Origin: Tricharina praecox
Lineage: Eukaryota
Reading direction: 5' to 3'
DNA length: 64,000 nucleotides
Assembly: GCF_024521635.1 (NCBI RefSeq)
Contig: NW_026250413.1
Coordinates: 682,001-746,000, forward strand
Made by a program: the position numbers and the translations under genes. The notes below the pieces were generated by a model that saw nothing but the letters and a program-made list of their open reading frames with translations, ran no database searches and was not told the DNA's origin. This document shows, one piece after another, positions 25,665 through 38,901 of the stretch. How positions within the stretch are numbered: the stretch's first letter is position 1; every line of letters begins with the position of its first letter.

Positions 25665-26844
25665 GTGGGCTTGTTCTCTTCCTTATTTCTCCCTTTTTTT
25701 CTGAACGGCGGGTGTTTCTTTGGACGTAATTATGTACAGGCTTATGTAGATACCATGATCATGAACGAATATGAATGAAGTTGACGAAACCTAACCACAG
25801 GAATGTGTGATACCCTATGAGTAGGCATATGTAGTAAAGCTCGCTTGCAACATCCGGTGGCATGTGATATGTACTCTAGATAGTCAGGTTTATCCGTAGG
25901 ACCGACTAACCTGGGCCCGAGGAGTTCATCCATACCCATACCCATATGTATCCATGTGGCGCAACGCAGGCACGGAACTTCCGGGATTGAACCGAGACTC
26001 CGGTGGGCGATAACGGCTGCTCGGCGAGGAGATAGACCGGGGGGCCGTGCTTCATCGTCGTCGAAGGAACAGAACAGAACAGGCGGTGAAGCTCGCATTC
26101 GTATGGTATTTGGTCGGAACGGCTTCTTCTCCTCTGCTTGAGGTGCGGCGTCGATGGTGATCTGGACGGAATGGGAGCCCGCAGTTACTAATATTCATTC
26201 AAGTAGGTACTCGCTGGTCTGTCCTGTCCAGAGCCACAAGAGGGATGCACCGTGGTCCTCCTAAGTACCATAGGTACACTATCATTTGCACTGTTGTTGC
26301 TTCGTCCGCAACCAAGCTTAGTTATCAAATGGCAGCTGTCAAGAAAGTCTGTCAGAGTTTATGATAATCTAATCTCATCATCACCACCCCCATCTCCATC
26401 TCCATCTCCGCCCCCACACACGCGCTCATCTAGATCATGTATGTATCGAAACGATGAGATCCCCCAACATCTAAATTTGAATTTTGTTTTTGATTTCCAC
26501 CACTTACTATACTTCTCTCCTTCTCTACATATCGATCGTTCTACTTTTACAAGGCTCGTAACGTAACAAAGAGAAAAGAAAATGAAGGAAGAAAGGGGGG
26601 GTGGGAGGGGGAATTCTGTTCTTTTTCGATGCGATAATTTTTGTTGAATGATATCCCTTCGCTTTACCGGCTCGCATGACCAAAGGAGAAAGAAAAAAAA
26701 GTGATCCCATCCCGTCGTTCGCCGCTGAAAGAAGAGCCCAGACATAAAAAATCACGGAAAGAAGAAAAGAAAAAAAAGGAAAGCGGTGTAAACCCCTCCC
26801 AGCGCTCAACTTTTGCGTACGCTAGAGAGCCGAGTGTGTACAAT

Positions 26845-27949
<1,105 letters not shown>

Positions 27950-29283
27950 GGCGAATTGTGTGATGTGTTGTTTTTGTGGGGAAAGGAAAGCGTTACAGCG
28001 AGATCAAGAAAGAGCGGAGGAAAGAGATGTGGATGTGAGGGGGAGAGGGAGAGTGTATGGTGTTGAGAGCGGCGGTGCGGACGACGATACGGGTGAGTGG
28101 GAGTTTTTGATCGGACACTGGGAAAGTTAACCGGACGTGATCTGGCGGAACGGAGCGCCAAGCCTCTATTCTTTCTATGGCTGCAGGAGTTGCAGGGCCA
28201 GGTTGGTTGAGGTCAACGCATTTGGAGCAAACTTTCCCGCCGCCCGTCACAACGGAAATAGCGTGGACTTAGGAGCGGAGTCCGCTGTAGTCTGTAGATC
28301 TAAAGTCACCCTCCAAACCCGGGGTTGGTGCTGATCACGACTTTGGGCTGGGGAATGATGATGATGGGCCACATCGCCTCACTATAGCATTCATCCAAGG
28401 GTCAAAGTTCGATTTTCCGGTGTCGAGGTTCCGTTGAAGCGGCTGGCCAGGAGACGGATCACGGCTGTCTCCTGAGGGAGAATTCCCAGTGTTGCCTCGC
28501 AAACTCAGGCACGTCTCCTGGTGCTTCCGATATGTATGCTGCTGCGTTGGCGTTGACGGACGAACGGCGTTTTTCTTTCTGCCTCACGGCGATCGCTCTC
28601 AGGCTGTAATGGAAAATCTGTGCTCACTTGACTTGATGATCATGGAAGCGCTGCCAAGGTTGAGCCTCTCAGTGACCTACAGCCAGTTAGCCTATAATTA
28701 CGGCTAGCCGACATAGGTGCTCACTCGGTGGCGCATGTGCAGACCGAGGTCTGAAAAACCCCCACGTCAGCACCGTCAGGGCGCTGGACGCATGCTCGAA
28801 GGCTTTTCAACGCCCAAAATGAAACTTCGGATCCTCCTCTAGCTTCTGATCGGTACCACAAATAATAGCTGGAAATCAAAGCGAGCGATGGGCGATGTTG
28901 AGCGATGGGCAAACCTCCTGAGATCCAGTGCCCTTGGGGATCTGGAGACTCAAACACACCCGTCAGTAGAAACAGTTGCTGTTGAGGACGTAAGTCATGG
29001 CTCGCCTATTAGCACCTAGCTACAAGTGAAATTCGGGGGGGTCTCGTTGGCTCGCGCTTACGTGCGTAGCCGCGACAAGCTCGGAGACCTCTACCGCTAT
29101 AAGCGACATGTACCTTAGTGGCCACTTAGTCATCACGACAGCTATCTAATCAGCCTCACAGGCGGCTCTAGCGGTCACAGGTATTGCTGATAGAGCAACT
29201 CCAGAACCAGCACAACACCTCCACCCATCGTGCATCATCGAAACAGCTCCCATCCATCCGCCCATCCCCTTCAGAATCACACC

Positions 29284-30451
29284 ATGCCTACCACCGTCAG
29301 GGAAGCCGTTCCCTCCGTCACCGTCTCCATCGCCCCCCTCATCCTCCTCAGCGCATGCGATCACTATGGCCGTTCCGCCAAGTTTACACGGAAGCGCGTT
29401 GTCGGAGTGTTGCTAGGACAGAACAGCGGTAACTCAGTGAGGGTCACAAACAGCTTTGCTGGTAGGAGCTTCTCGATGCTTGTTTCGATTAATGGATTTG
29501 GGATGTTGTTGATGGTGGTGGGGGATGAACAGTTCCATTCGAGGAGGACGACAAGGACCCCGCGGTGTGGTTTCTCGATCACAACTACGTCGAGTCGATG
29601 AACGACATGTTCAAGAAGGTCAATGCTAGGGAGAAGCTCATCGGATGGTACCACTCCGGCCCGAAGCTACGAGCGTCGGATCTGCAGATCAACGAGCTGT
29701 TCAAGCGATACACACCGAATCCTTTACTTGTCATCGTGGACGTCGAGCCCAAAGCTATCGGAGTGCCCACGGACGCCTACTTTGCCATCGAGGAGATTAA
29801 AGACGTATGGAGAAGCTTCGCCGCATCACCGTAGGACGCACTGACGTTGTGTGTGACTTGTAGGACGGAACCACCACCACCAAGACGTTTGTGCATACCC
29901 CATCGATAATCGAGGCCGAAGAAGCCGAAGAGATCGGTGTTGAGCACCTCCTCCGAGACATCCGCGACGTCGCCGTCGGCTCCCTTTCCACCCGCATCAA
30001 CAACCAGCTCCAGTCCCTGCAGGGCCTCCACCTCCGCCTGCGCGACATTGGCAACTACCTGCAGAAGGTCAACAACGGCACGCTCCCGGTCAACCATGCG
30101 ATCCTCGGCCTCCTACAAGACGTGTTCAACCTGTTACCGAACCTGTCCACCCCATCCGCCGACGGCGAGGAGAACAACGAGTTGGCGAGGGCCATGGCTG
30201 TCAAGACAAACGACCAGTTGATGAACATCTACCTGTCGTCGCTGATCCGCGCCATCATCGCATTCCACGACTTGATCGACAACAAGATCAAGAACCGACA
30301 GGACCAGGCGGAAGAGCAGGAGAAGGAGGCAGACAAGGAGAAGGAGAAGGACGAGAAGGAGACAGGCAAGAAGTCCGAAAAGGATGGTGAGAAGGGCAAG
30401 AAGGATGACACGGAAAAGAAGGGTGGAATCGACAAGGATTTGGATCTATAG
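29284..30451 (+). CDS. RPN8: 26S proteasome lid subunit Rpn8 (MPN domain), 3 exons
   Basis: [61 protein letters not shown], and a KEKE-rich tail. Confidence 0.96.
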
Positions 30452-30812
30452 ACGACGGACAGTGTCTTGGGGAGGAAGCGGCGGGACACACCGATCGGAA
30501 AGGGACCATATCGTTGTGCTCTTTGGCTGTTTGTAAGATAATAATAGCCACCACACGCATGTCGATCAAGTGAGACAGAGCTGCTCTCGTCAACATCTCG
30601 CCCGGTACACCTTACATACACGATGCCGCTAACCCCGAGCGACGCCCTCGTTATATAGCAATGCCCTCCCGCCCCGCTGAGTAGAGTGCTCGAAATCTAG
30701 ACAAGGGACTATATCCGGCTAGCGCCAAATACACTCCCCCCACTCTGCCCCGCCATCTTCACACTCCCAACGCCTCCACAGCCTCCAAATCTAAATTCCA
30801 CCACACTCACAA

Positions 30813-31821
30813 ATGGCCGCCATAATCGAAGGCGCGAAGCGCCTCGCCGCCTATCGGGCGGTCGACGAACATTTTCCACCCAACGCCCGCTTCGTCGGCA
30901 TCGGCTCCGGCAGCACAGTCGTCTACGTCGTTGAGCGAATAGCGCAGCTACCGCGCGAGCGCACCGACCACGTCGTTTTCGTTCCGACGGGCTTCCAATC
31001 GCGCGAGCTGATTCTTCGCGCCGGGCTAAAGCTCGGAAGCGTCGACATGGCCACCGAGCCTCTCGAGGTCGTCTTCGACGGCGCCGACGAGGTCGACCCC
31101 TACCTCAACTGTATCAAGGGTGGCGGTGCGTGTCTGTTCCAAGAGAAATTGGTCGCCATCAGTGGACGGAAGTTTGTCGTTGTTGCTGGTTGGTCTCTTT
31201 TCTATTCTACTTGCGCTGTCTGCTGGTGGGAGTGGCGCCGCTGACATGTGTGATGCGCGCGCACCACCGGTAGATTTCAGAAAACTCTCTCCAAGCCTGA
31301 GCACACACTACGCGCCAGGCGTTCCGATCGAAGTCGTCCCAATGGCGGCCAACTACGTCCTGTCGCGGTTGTCCGCGCTCGGCAGCACCACGCCCACCAT
31401 CCGCATGGGTGGCGCCGCAAAGGCGGGCCCGTGCATCACCGACAACGGCAATTTCATTATCGACGCGCCGTTCCAGGATGGGTTCATCCCGAGCGCTTCG
31501 TCGTCGATTTCCCCGCCGAGGCCGTTGTCGCCTGCTAGCAGCGCGGTCGCGGTCGATACTGGGTTGAATCCCGATACGGGACACGAGAGGGTTGGCGGGA
31601 GTAATGTGCTCGGTAAGGAAGAGGGTCATCCTGGTGCGGCTGTAGGCATGGGTTTGGGCTCGAACGAGAATGTGGAGGAGATGGCGAGGACGCTGAAGAG
31701 TATCGTTGGTGTCGTAGAGCATGGCATCTTCTGGTCCGGCGACAGGAAGCCAGTCATGGCGTACTTTGGAATGGAGGATGGCAGTGTGGCCGTTAGGGGG
31801 AACATGGGACATCATTCATAG
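30813..31821 (+). CDS. RKI1: Ribose-5-phosphate isomerase A, 2 exons
   Basis: [60 protein letters not shown]. Confidence 0.95.
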
Positions 31822-32006
31822 CACTGTTCCGGGTCCAGAGAGGGGATATGGATGTACAATTATCTGTTGTGCGAATCTAAAAACTGGAATACCTATGACA
31901 ATGATATATAAACTTGAAACCACACCCAAACAAAAACGCAACCTCATCGAGCACTCGTACAATGCAACCAACCAATTCTCGCCCGACATCGACATGAAGA
32001 CACCGC

Positions 32007-33039
32007 TCACTGCCTATTCCCAGCCAACAACGGACTCCTCTCATCCGTCGGCCCGGGCCTAACCGCATCTACCAGCGCATCCACCTGCTTCCTGGCCCTC
32101 CTCTCCTGAATCTCCCACATCACACACATTACCAACAGCGCGCCCTGCAGGGTACCAGTGACCACATACGTCGCCCAACTACTCCACCTAGTGCCCTCCC
32201 TCATAGCCAGCGAGATCGCCCACACAAAGCTCCCGGGGGTCTGGATGCACATCATGGGAATACTCAGACTGCCCACATGCTTCAGTCTCCAGGTAGTATA
32301 CAACTGGGGAATGTACTGGATCGACGCGAGGATGGTGCTCTGCACGCCGAGGAAGTTGGCCCACCACACGAGCGTGTCCGAAGGCTGCGGCGGACGCGAC
32401 GGGTCCGCCGTCGCGGCAGTCGAGTGCAGCAGCGACAGGTAGAACGTCGCCACCGCCATCGCCACGAAGTGCACGATCGACGCGACCGTAATCCCCACTG
32501 CCGTGCGCTTCGTGGGTACGCGCGACCCCGGGATCGCGAGTGCGCTGCTGGACCGCGGGAGGTAGATGAGGAAGAGCGCGAGACTGCCGAGTGCCCTCCG
32601 TTAGCTCGTCTCCACGCAGAAGAGTGAGGAGACATACATAACAGCGAAACAGGCCCACTGCAGTCCCACCTGCGCAACGCCCATCGACGCCGCAAAGCAG
32701 TTAAAGCCGCCGATGCCCTTGCCGCAGCACCCGAGGACGCCCCATGACAGGATCAGGATGTTCAGGAACGCGCAGGTACCCGATGTTACCCCCAGGAGTA
32801 GGAACAGCGGGCTGATACCCTCCGACGTGCCGCGCTGGATAATCCGTATGTGTTGCGGGAGGTACGATATCTACACGAACATTCCCACGCGATTAATTGG
32901 GGGAGGGAGGTGCATTGGCCAACGAAGGACGTACGAGGATTCCAAAGAATATGACGAACGAGAAGACTAAATTCGCTACTGAGGGCGAGAGTAGGCTGGA
33001 GCACTCGGAAGGTATTTTGGCGAACGTGGTGAGCGACAT
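32007..33039 (-). CDS. PQ-loop repeat membrane transporter, 3 exons
   Basis: ATG at 33039; two PQ motifs (ISYLPQHIRII..SEGISP and IQYIPQLYTTW..GSLSIPMMCIQTPG); multiple TM helices; C-terminal dileucine signal DERSPLL. Confidence 0.88.
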
Positions 33040-33605
33040 TGTGGACGAGGACTGTCGTAAGGTGTGGAATTGGAGCTCGAAGCTCGAGGACTGTCCGCTA
33101 TCTAGGTCCTCTACGTAACTTACCTATCATAGAGCTCTACCCATGCAGGGAGGTGGTTGGGCCGTTGGCGTCTTGGCTGCAGCTACTTATCATCGGAGGT
33201 CACTCGACAGGTCTCGCTAATATCATAGCGGTGTTGTTGGAGAACGTGATGTGGCAAGGCCATGCGACAATCAATTGATTCTCTCTCTCTTAAAAACTTA
33301 AAACTCTAATCTCCTCCATAAGCCGATCGCTACGAAGTCTACTATGTTCGGTGGTATGTACAAGCAGAATGTCACAGATGTCCTTGCCTTCACCATCGTC
33401 CCGAGCCGCTCACGCCCGGTTCTCGGCATTACCCATTACCATTAGTTTTTTTTCATCCTCGCCGTGGTGAATGTACACCACAAACATGATCGTCCTGTGA
33501 CACCGAACCGAAGCCAACAGCCTATCACCAAAAAAAAATCAAGATATTCTGGAGGCATTTAGGGAATGAATTGACCAGTTACTGAAGCCGAGCCTCCTGA
33601 ATGAT

Positions 33606-34060
33606 ACTATGTCGTAAGTCGCTCCTACGTATCTATCTTGCGCTAGCATTGTACTGATGATTTTACAGACCTTGCCGATCATATGTGACTTCATCGGGAA
33701 CCGATAGTACTACGATGGTCTGGGATTGTCGTTTCCCGAAGAGGGTTCTCCATACGTTGAAACATGGCGCTCCCCTCATGGCTGAGGACGCCAACGATAC
33801 CGGAGCGAACTGCGCCTTGTGGGCATCCAGCAGTGACCGCTTCTACACTGGGGGCTCTGATGGCGCTGTTAAGATTTGGGACGTCCGACGTGCCGACCCA
33901 TTCATGAAGGACTTGGCTACCCTGGACGGTCAGGTCATGTCTGCAGCCTTCTCGCCGTCCTTCGATTCTCTCATTGTTGGAGTATGCTCAGGCAAGGCGA
34001 CCCTGTTCTCGATGAGGGGCGATGCCAGTGTCCCACCAATCGAATTCAAAGTTGACATTC
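33606..34060 (+). repeat. Left arm of a near-perfect inverted repeat: copy of the last intron and most of the last exon of the WD40 gene
   Basis: Reverse complement of 34555-35008, checked line by line; the only difference is one extra C (~33624) inside the intron copy. Confidence 0.97.
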
Positions 34061-34083
34061 ACTCGCATTTGACCCGGATATGA
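33609..34083 (+). pseudogene. Truncated WD40 gene copy with an intact spliceable ORF (139 aa; pseudogene or micro-protein)
   Basis: ATG at 33609, intron 33614-33668 (GTAAGT..CTGAT..CAG), TGA at 34081-34083. Encodes MSPCRSYVTSSGTDSTTMVWDCRF...KIWDVRR...EFKVDI plus a novel tail HSHLTRI. Confidence 0.55.
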
Positions 34084-34420
34084 GTATGAGTATGAGTAAG
34101 AGGTATATACATGGTCTGAAGAAGTAGTAAAGGTGAAGTATCTAAGTAACAGCAGTATCCCGCGCAAGACAATCAGGTAAGAAACTCCAGAAAGAAACAA
34201 ACAAAGTATCTAGAGCAGGTTGGATTCAAATGCAGCAAATCAGATATTCTAGAAAAAGAAACAAAAAAAGAAACAAAGTATCTAAACATGTTGGATCCAA
34301 ACGCATCAAATGAACCCAAGCCAATCCAACAAATGCACACGCTGTAAACTCCGTCAAACACCATTACCGCCCCCAAGCAAAGCAAACAAACAGAAAAGAG
34401 AGAAAAAGGAAGGACATCAT

Positions 34421-37400
34421 CTAGTAAGTAGCCCATGCAACACCGTTCTCAACCATCATTCTTCCAGAGTTGACGAGCTGGCGCGCGGCTTGCCTGCCAG
34501 CGTTCTCATCGTCGTCGTTTTCGTCGGCAAGATTACCACGTCCCTCCACATCGCGAATGTCAACTTTGAATTCGATTGGTGGGACACTGGCATCGCCCCT
34601 CATCGAGAACAGGGTCGCCTTGCCTGAGCATACTCCAACAATGAGAGAATCGAAGGACGGCGAGAAGGCTGCAGACATGACCTGACCGTCCAGGGTAGCC
34701 AAGTCCTTCATGAATGGGTCGGCACGTCGGACGTCCCAAATCTTAACAGCGCCATCAGAGCCCCCAGTGTAGAAGCGGTCACTGCTGGATGCCCACAAGG
34801 CGCAGTTCGCTCCGGTATCGTTGGCGTCCTCAGCCATGAGGGGAGCGCCATGTTTCAACGTATGGAGAACCCTCTTCGGGAAACGACAATCCCAGACCAT
34901 CGTAGTACTATCGGTTCCCGATGAAGTCACATATGATCGGCAAGGTCTGTAAAATCATCAGTACAATGCTAGCGCAAGATAGATACGTAGAGCGACTTAC
35001 GACATAGTCACCATGTTAATGTCCTCCTGGGGATTATCGAAATCCAGGATTGGACGAGGTCTCCTCCGGTCATGGCCTTGTTCAAAGTCCCAAACCCGGA
35101 CCTGCGTCTTAGCACGTTCGCCCCGACCGTTTACCGCTCCACCAGTAACAAACTGGCCTGATTCATGCACGAACATGTCAAATTGCCGGTTTGAGCCAGG
35201 CACCACACTCCACACCAACTTCATGGCACGGGCATCGAAAATCTCCAGGTCGCCAGTCTTGTTCCCGGACTTATTGTCGTATCCCACTATCAACCAGTCT
35301 GGCCTGACTTGGCCGTGCCAACTCACAGCAACTGCCTCAACGTTTTTCTTGAGAGGGGCGAAGCGATGTCCCTTCCCTCTATAACGACCGTCAGGGCCAA
35401 CGTCAAGAACTATGACATTGCCATCCTTTAGAGCAACAGCGAGTGCCTCCTCATGTACAGGGCTTGTTGCCATGCGAAGCACCTCACTCTTAACATCCAA
35501 CGAGTCGAGACAGGTGCCATCCTCTCCGAGCCAGGTTTTGACTGTCTTATCATAGCTTCCGGAGAACAGAACCCGTCCATTTTTAGAGTGTGCGATTGCA
35601 GACACCGTCGAATGAAGGAACGGATTCAAAGCTGCCGTTGGAGGATCTCGCAGGACTTTGTGCCCATCAAGCATGCGGATCTTGTCTTGTTCCAGTGACC
35701 CCAGCATGAGGTTTCCTGGCCTGTTGTATTCGTCACTGTGCGTACAACCTGCGAGAATGTTAGATCACTGAACAGACAAAAAAACAATCACATGGTCACA
35801 CTTACAACACAGAGCAAACCTGCTGCCGTCTGGCGACCAGCTGATGTCGATGATGTCTGAACTTCCTTCCTTAAAGATTCTCCACGGCTGCATGCCATCT
35901 CTAGCCATTGACTCCATTGCCCGGGTTTGCTCGCGCCTATTGCTGAAACCAAAGACCCCGCTACCCATCTCGCGGAGCAATCGAAGTGATGCCGACCCTG
36001 TTGTGTGGGGGCGCTCAGGCTTCAGAACCATGGTATAACCGGCGAACGGATATGGCAACCCCTTCTTCTTCATCCGGTAGCAGTCTTCAATGAACTTGAA
36101 GACGTCTTCCACTTCTCTTCCTGGTAGGAGCTGCACAGCAGAAACGAGGCAATCACGCCACGGGGACCTTTCAGCGTGGTATCCAATCTCTCGAAAGACA
36201 TCCATGCCGGGCAACGGGCCTTCGTCTTTCGCCAATAAGGAACGAACAATCTCGGCTTCATATATGGTGAAGCCGACATGGAGGGTAGTCGCTTCCCCTA
36301 ATCCCCCTGTCAGTCGTCGACGTTTATTATGAGCGCTCGAGAATTGGAAACTCACCGGGATTGGGCAACTCGGGCATCATCTTCATGCGATCGTAAGAAA
36401 TGTTAAGATAAGGACGCTGCTCGAGTCTCGTCCTCGTGATGAGTGACAATTCCAGGTCTCGCTTAACAGCCTCCTGTATTTCGAGGGTATCCAAGGGCAC
36501 AGGTGCGACTTTCTTCACGGATGGCATTACTCTGCGCGATTCAAATGGCCTTAAATCCATGATGACATGGTCGCTCGGTTCATATATTTCGAAGAAATTA
36601 TAGACGCAGCTCTCCTCGGTGCAATCAGGATTGTCATGCAACTGGCAGCGTCTGCTAAGGACAGTGGTGTTATCTGGTCCATTTGGGGGTGCAGTTGTCG
36701 AGGCCTCTGGCACTGGCTGTGGAGACACAGCAAGCAGTTCCTTCTTCGTTCCATGTTCAGCCTTTTTCTTTCTGTATTCCGCCTTTCTGATGCGTGCATT
36801 ACGGCGTCGTACCTCGTTCTCGGGGCTCTCCAGAGCGTCGGCAACAGACTTGAGACCGTAGCCTCCGCCCTGCGTCATCGACAAAGGCGTGTATAGCCTC
36901 TTGCCCGCAGGTGCCACGACACCCGTCTGCGCAACAGTTGAAGATGAGCCCACCGGGAGAGGGATATTGCCATCGACCTAGGATGTATGTTAGGCGCAAT
37001 TGTAGAAGTAATGAATGATGGAGATATACCTCATTGTCCACTTCCGGAGGTGCCGAAGACTCTCGTTCAGCAATAGCGGGAGGCCTGGGTGGACTGTCAG
37101 CAAAGCGCAAAAGTAACAGGTGAAGGCGCACTTACTCTATCTGAGACCTCTTCCGTTTTCCAGTGGTCTTGTGTGCCATTGCAGTGTGTTTGTGGAAACA
37201 GACAGAACACAACGTACGCAGAGGAGGCTGGTGGGATGCTGTTGATGTCGGTGCAGGGAAGGTTCGACTGCAGTTTTCACAGGACGTTTTAAGAAAGAGA
37301 GACGGCTGTGCTGGTGGCTGTAGGTCGGTATGAATGGCCGGCCGCCGATGTGGGTGTGGGGTTTGCGACGTGCGCGACGCCCGCAGCCCTAAGCCCCGAT

Positions 37401-38556
37401 CCGTGGGGGATTGCGACGTTCGTGGCCGTCGCAATCCCCGCGAGGCTGTATGCCTATGGGATCGGTCGTCTTGCGGGACATCGACAAGCTGAGGTCGATG
37501 CACGTCTGACGGTTTTGGGCCCGGAACAAACGCTGGCTGGGTCCCCAGCAGCCATCGCTGGTGGCCCAATGGAGCCGGCACAACATTTCTCGCAACGCTT
37601 TGTCCGTGCGCCCTGAAGCGCAACGGACCGTCGGGTTCCGGGTGCATCGCGGGCGCCATCCGCGAGTTCTCCTCCACATCTGAGGCTGGTGAACGTCTCC
37701 ACACACTCGTTCTCTCCCCCATGACTGCTTGTCTTCCAGCGGATGCCATCGGTGACATGTTTTCTACGGATGAATCGTACGTTTCCTCGGATTGGGTGAA
37801 TGGCATCAGAGCTGGCTGACACTGTGCGATCGAGAGTGTGCGTTTACTCGGTAGCGTCATCGGTTCGGCGTCGTCGAGTCCGCAGGGTCGAGCCAAGGAG
37901 CCATGGTGCGATCGTGGTACGGAACTTGGAGTAGATGCGGTGCTGCGGACAGCCTTGAATCTCAGCGCAACATCCATGGCTGTGGATAGTGGTGTGCGTT
38001 CACCCGGTAGGTGCTTGACAGCATGCGTGTTTCCTGCGCCGAAGAAGCTCCTCTCTGGACACTGGACGACATCTCTCTCCGCTGTTGGAGTGGTGCTCGC
38101 GAGGGTATGCTCGACTTCGGGAGGGTCGGGACAAAGAGCCGGCGAAGGACTTCTGTGCTTGAAGGGAGCAGGAACTGGTGCCATGACGTCGTCGACGTTG
38201 TCGCTGCCCCGTGGATTGGGTGCGAACGGGCGCGGCGTCTTGAAAGGCGAGCTTATCGACGATTGCCGTGACTGTTGATGGGCAGGAGTTCCGAAGAATT
38301 GGGTGATGGAGGGTTGGCTCCTGCGCGGGGAGGGAGCTGTTGCTTGAACGGACGACAAGAAGGTGTGGGATGTCGAACCTGGAGAGGCGGCTTCAAGCTT
38401 GGGACGGTGTTTTGCAGGAGTAGCAGATGATTGTTTTCGCCGAGAACCCTTCCTCTTGGCTGAACTGCTTTTGCTCGGCGGAGGATACTGCTCGTCGTCA
38501 TCTGAAATCACGATGGGGGCCTGTGGAGAACCCATGGCACGGTTGTTTGGCGACAT
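34421..38556 (-). CDS. raf1: WD40-repeat DDB1-CUL4-associated factor of the Raf1/Dos1/Clr8 (S. pombe CLRC) / DIM-9 (DCAF26, Neurospora DCDC) type, 6 exons
   Basis: Long disordered N-terminus followed by RPY..LHVGF, GSSDIIDISWSPDGSRFA..DEYNRPGNLMLG, LFSGSYDKTVKTW, and two WDxR motifs (VWDCR, IWDVR). The YNRxGNL WD start is recalled from Raf1-family proteins. Introns at 37135-37085, 37029-36978, ~36355-36307, ~35804-35750 and 35000-34947. Confidence 0.75.
34555..35008 (-). repeat. Right arm of the inverted repeat (native gene sequence)
   Basis: Pairs with 33606-34060; spacer 34061-34554 (494 bp). Confidence 0.97.
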
Positions 38557-38809
38557 CTGGACTTGGAGGCACCACCAGGGTGTGTGGGGTTGGAAGGAAG
38601 CGCGTCTATCGATCCCGAGGAAACGCGGTCTGTGACTGTGCGACACAACGGGGATGTTCGATTGGACGCTCCGACGCAGGGATCACGCTATAGTAGCGGT
38701 GGAGACAGAAGCTCTACGCCACGTGCATGGGTAGGGTGGGCAACGTGGTCGCGGGCACTTCGACACCGCCATCTCCCCCGCCTTTCTCCTCGACTGCCAC
38801 TTCAATCCG

Positions 38810-38872
38810 TCAAACGTTCCATCAAACGTCCCATCAAACGTCAAACGTCGCTTCAAACGTCGCTTCAAACGT
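38810..38872. repeat. Six copies of TCAAACGT in the divergent raf1-like/GUK1 intergenic region
   Basis: Copies start at 38810, 38822, 38834, 38841, 38853 and 38865. Confidence 0.85.
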
Positions 38873-38901
38873 CCCGTCCTACACCGTCATCTATAGACAA
38901 C

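Noticed and set aside
31480-31670. ~60-aa insertion in Rki1 after IIDAPF
   Set aside because: Variable low-complexity insertions at this loop are, to my knowledge, common in filamentous ascomycete Rki1 proteins.
33606-35008. Inverted repeat as transposon TIRs or MITE
   Set aside because: The arms are host exon and intron sequence, there is no transposase or TSD, and the spacer is the gene's own stop codon and 3' UTR.
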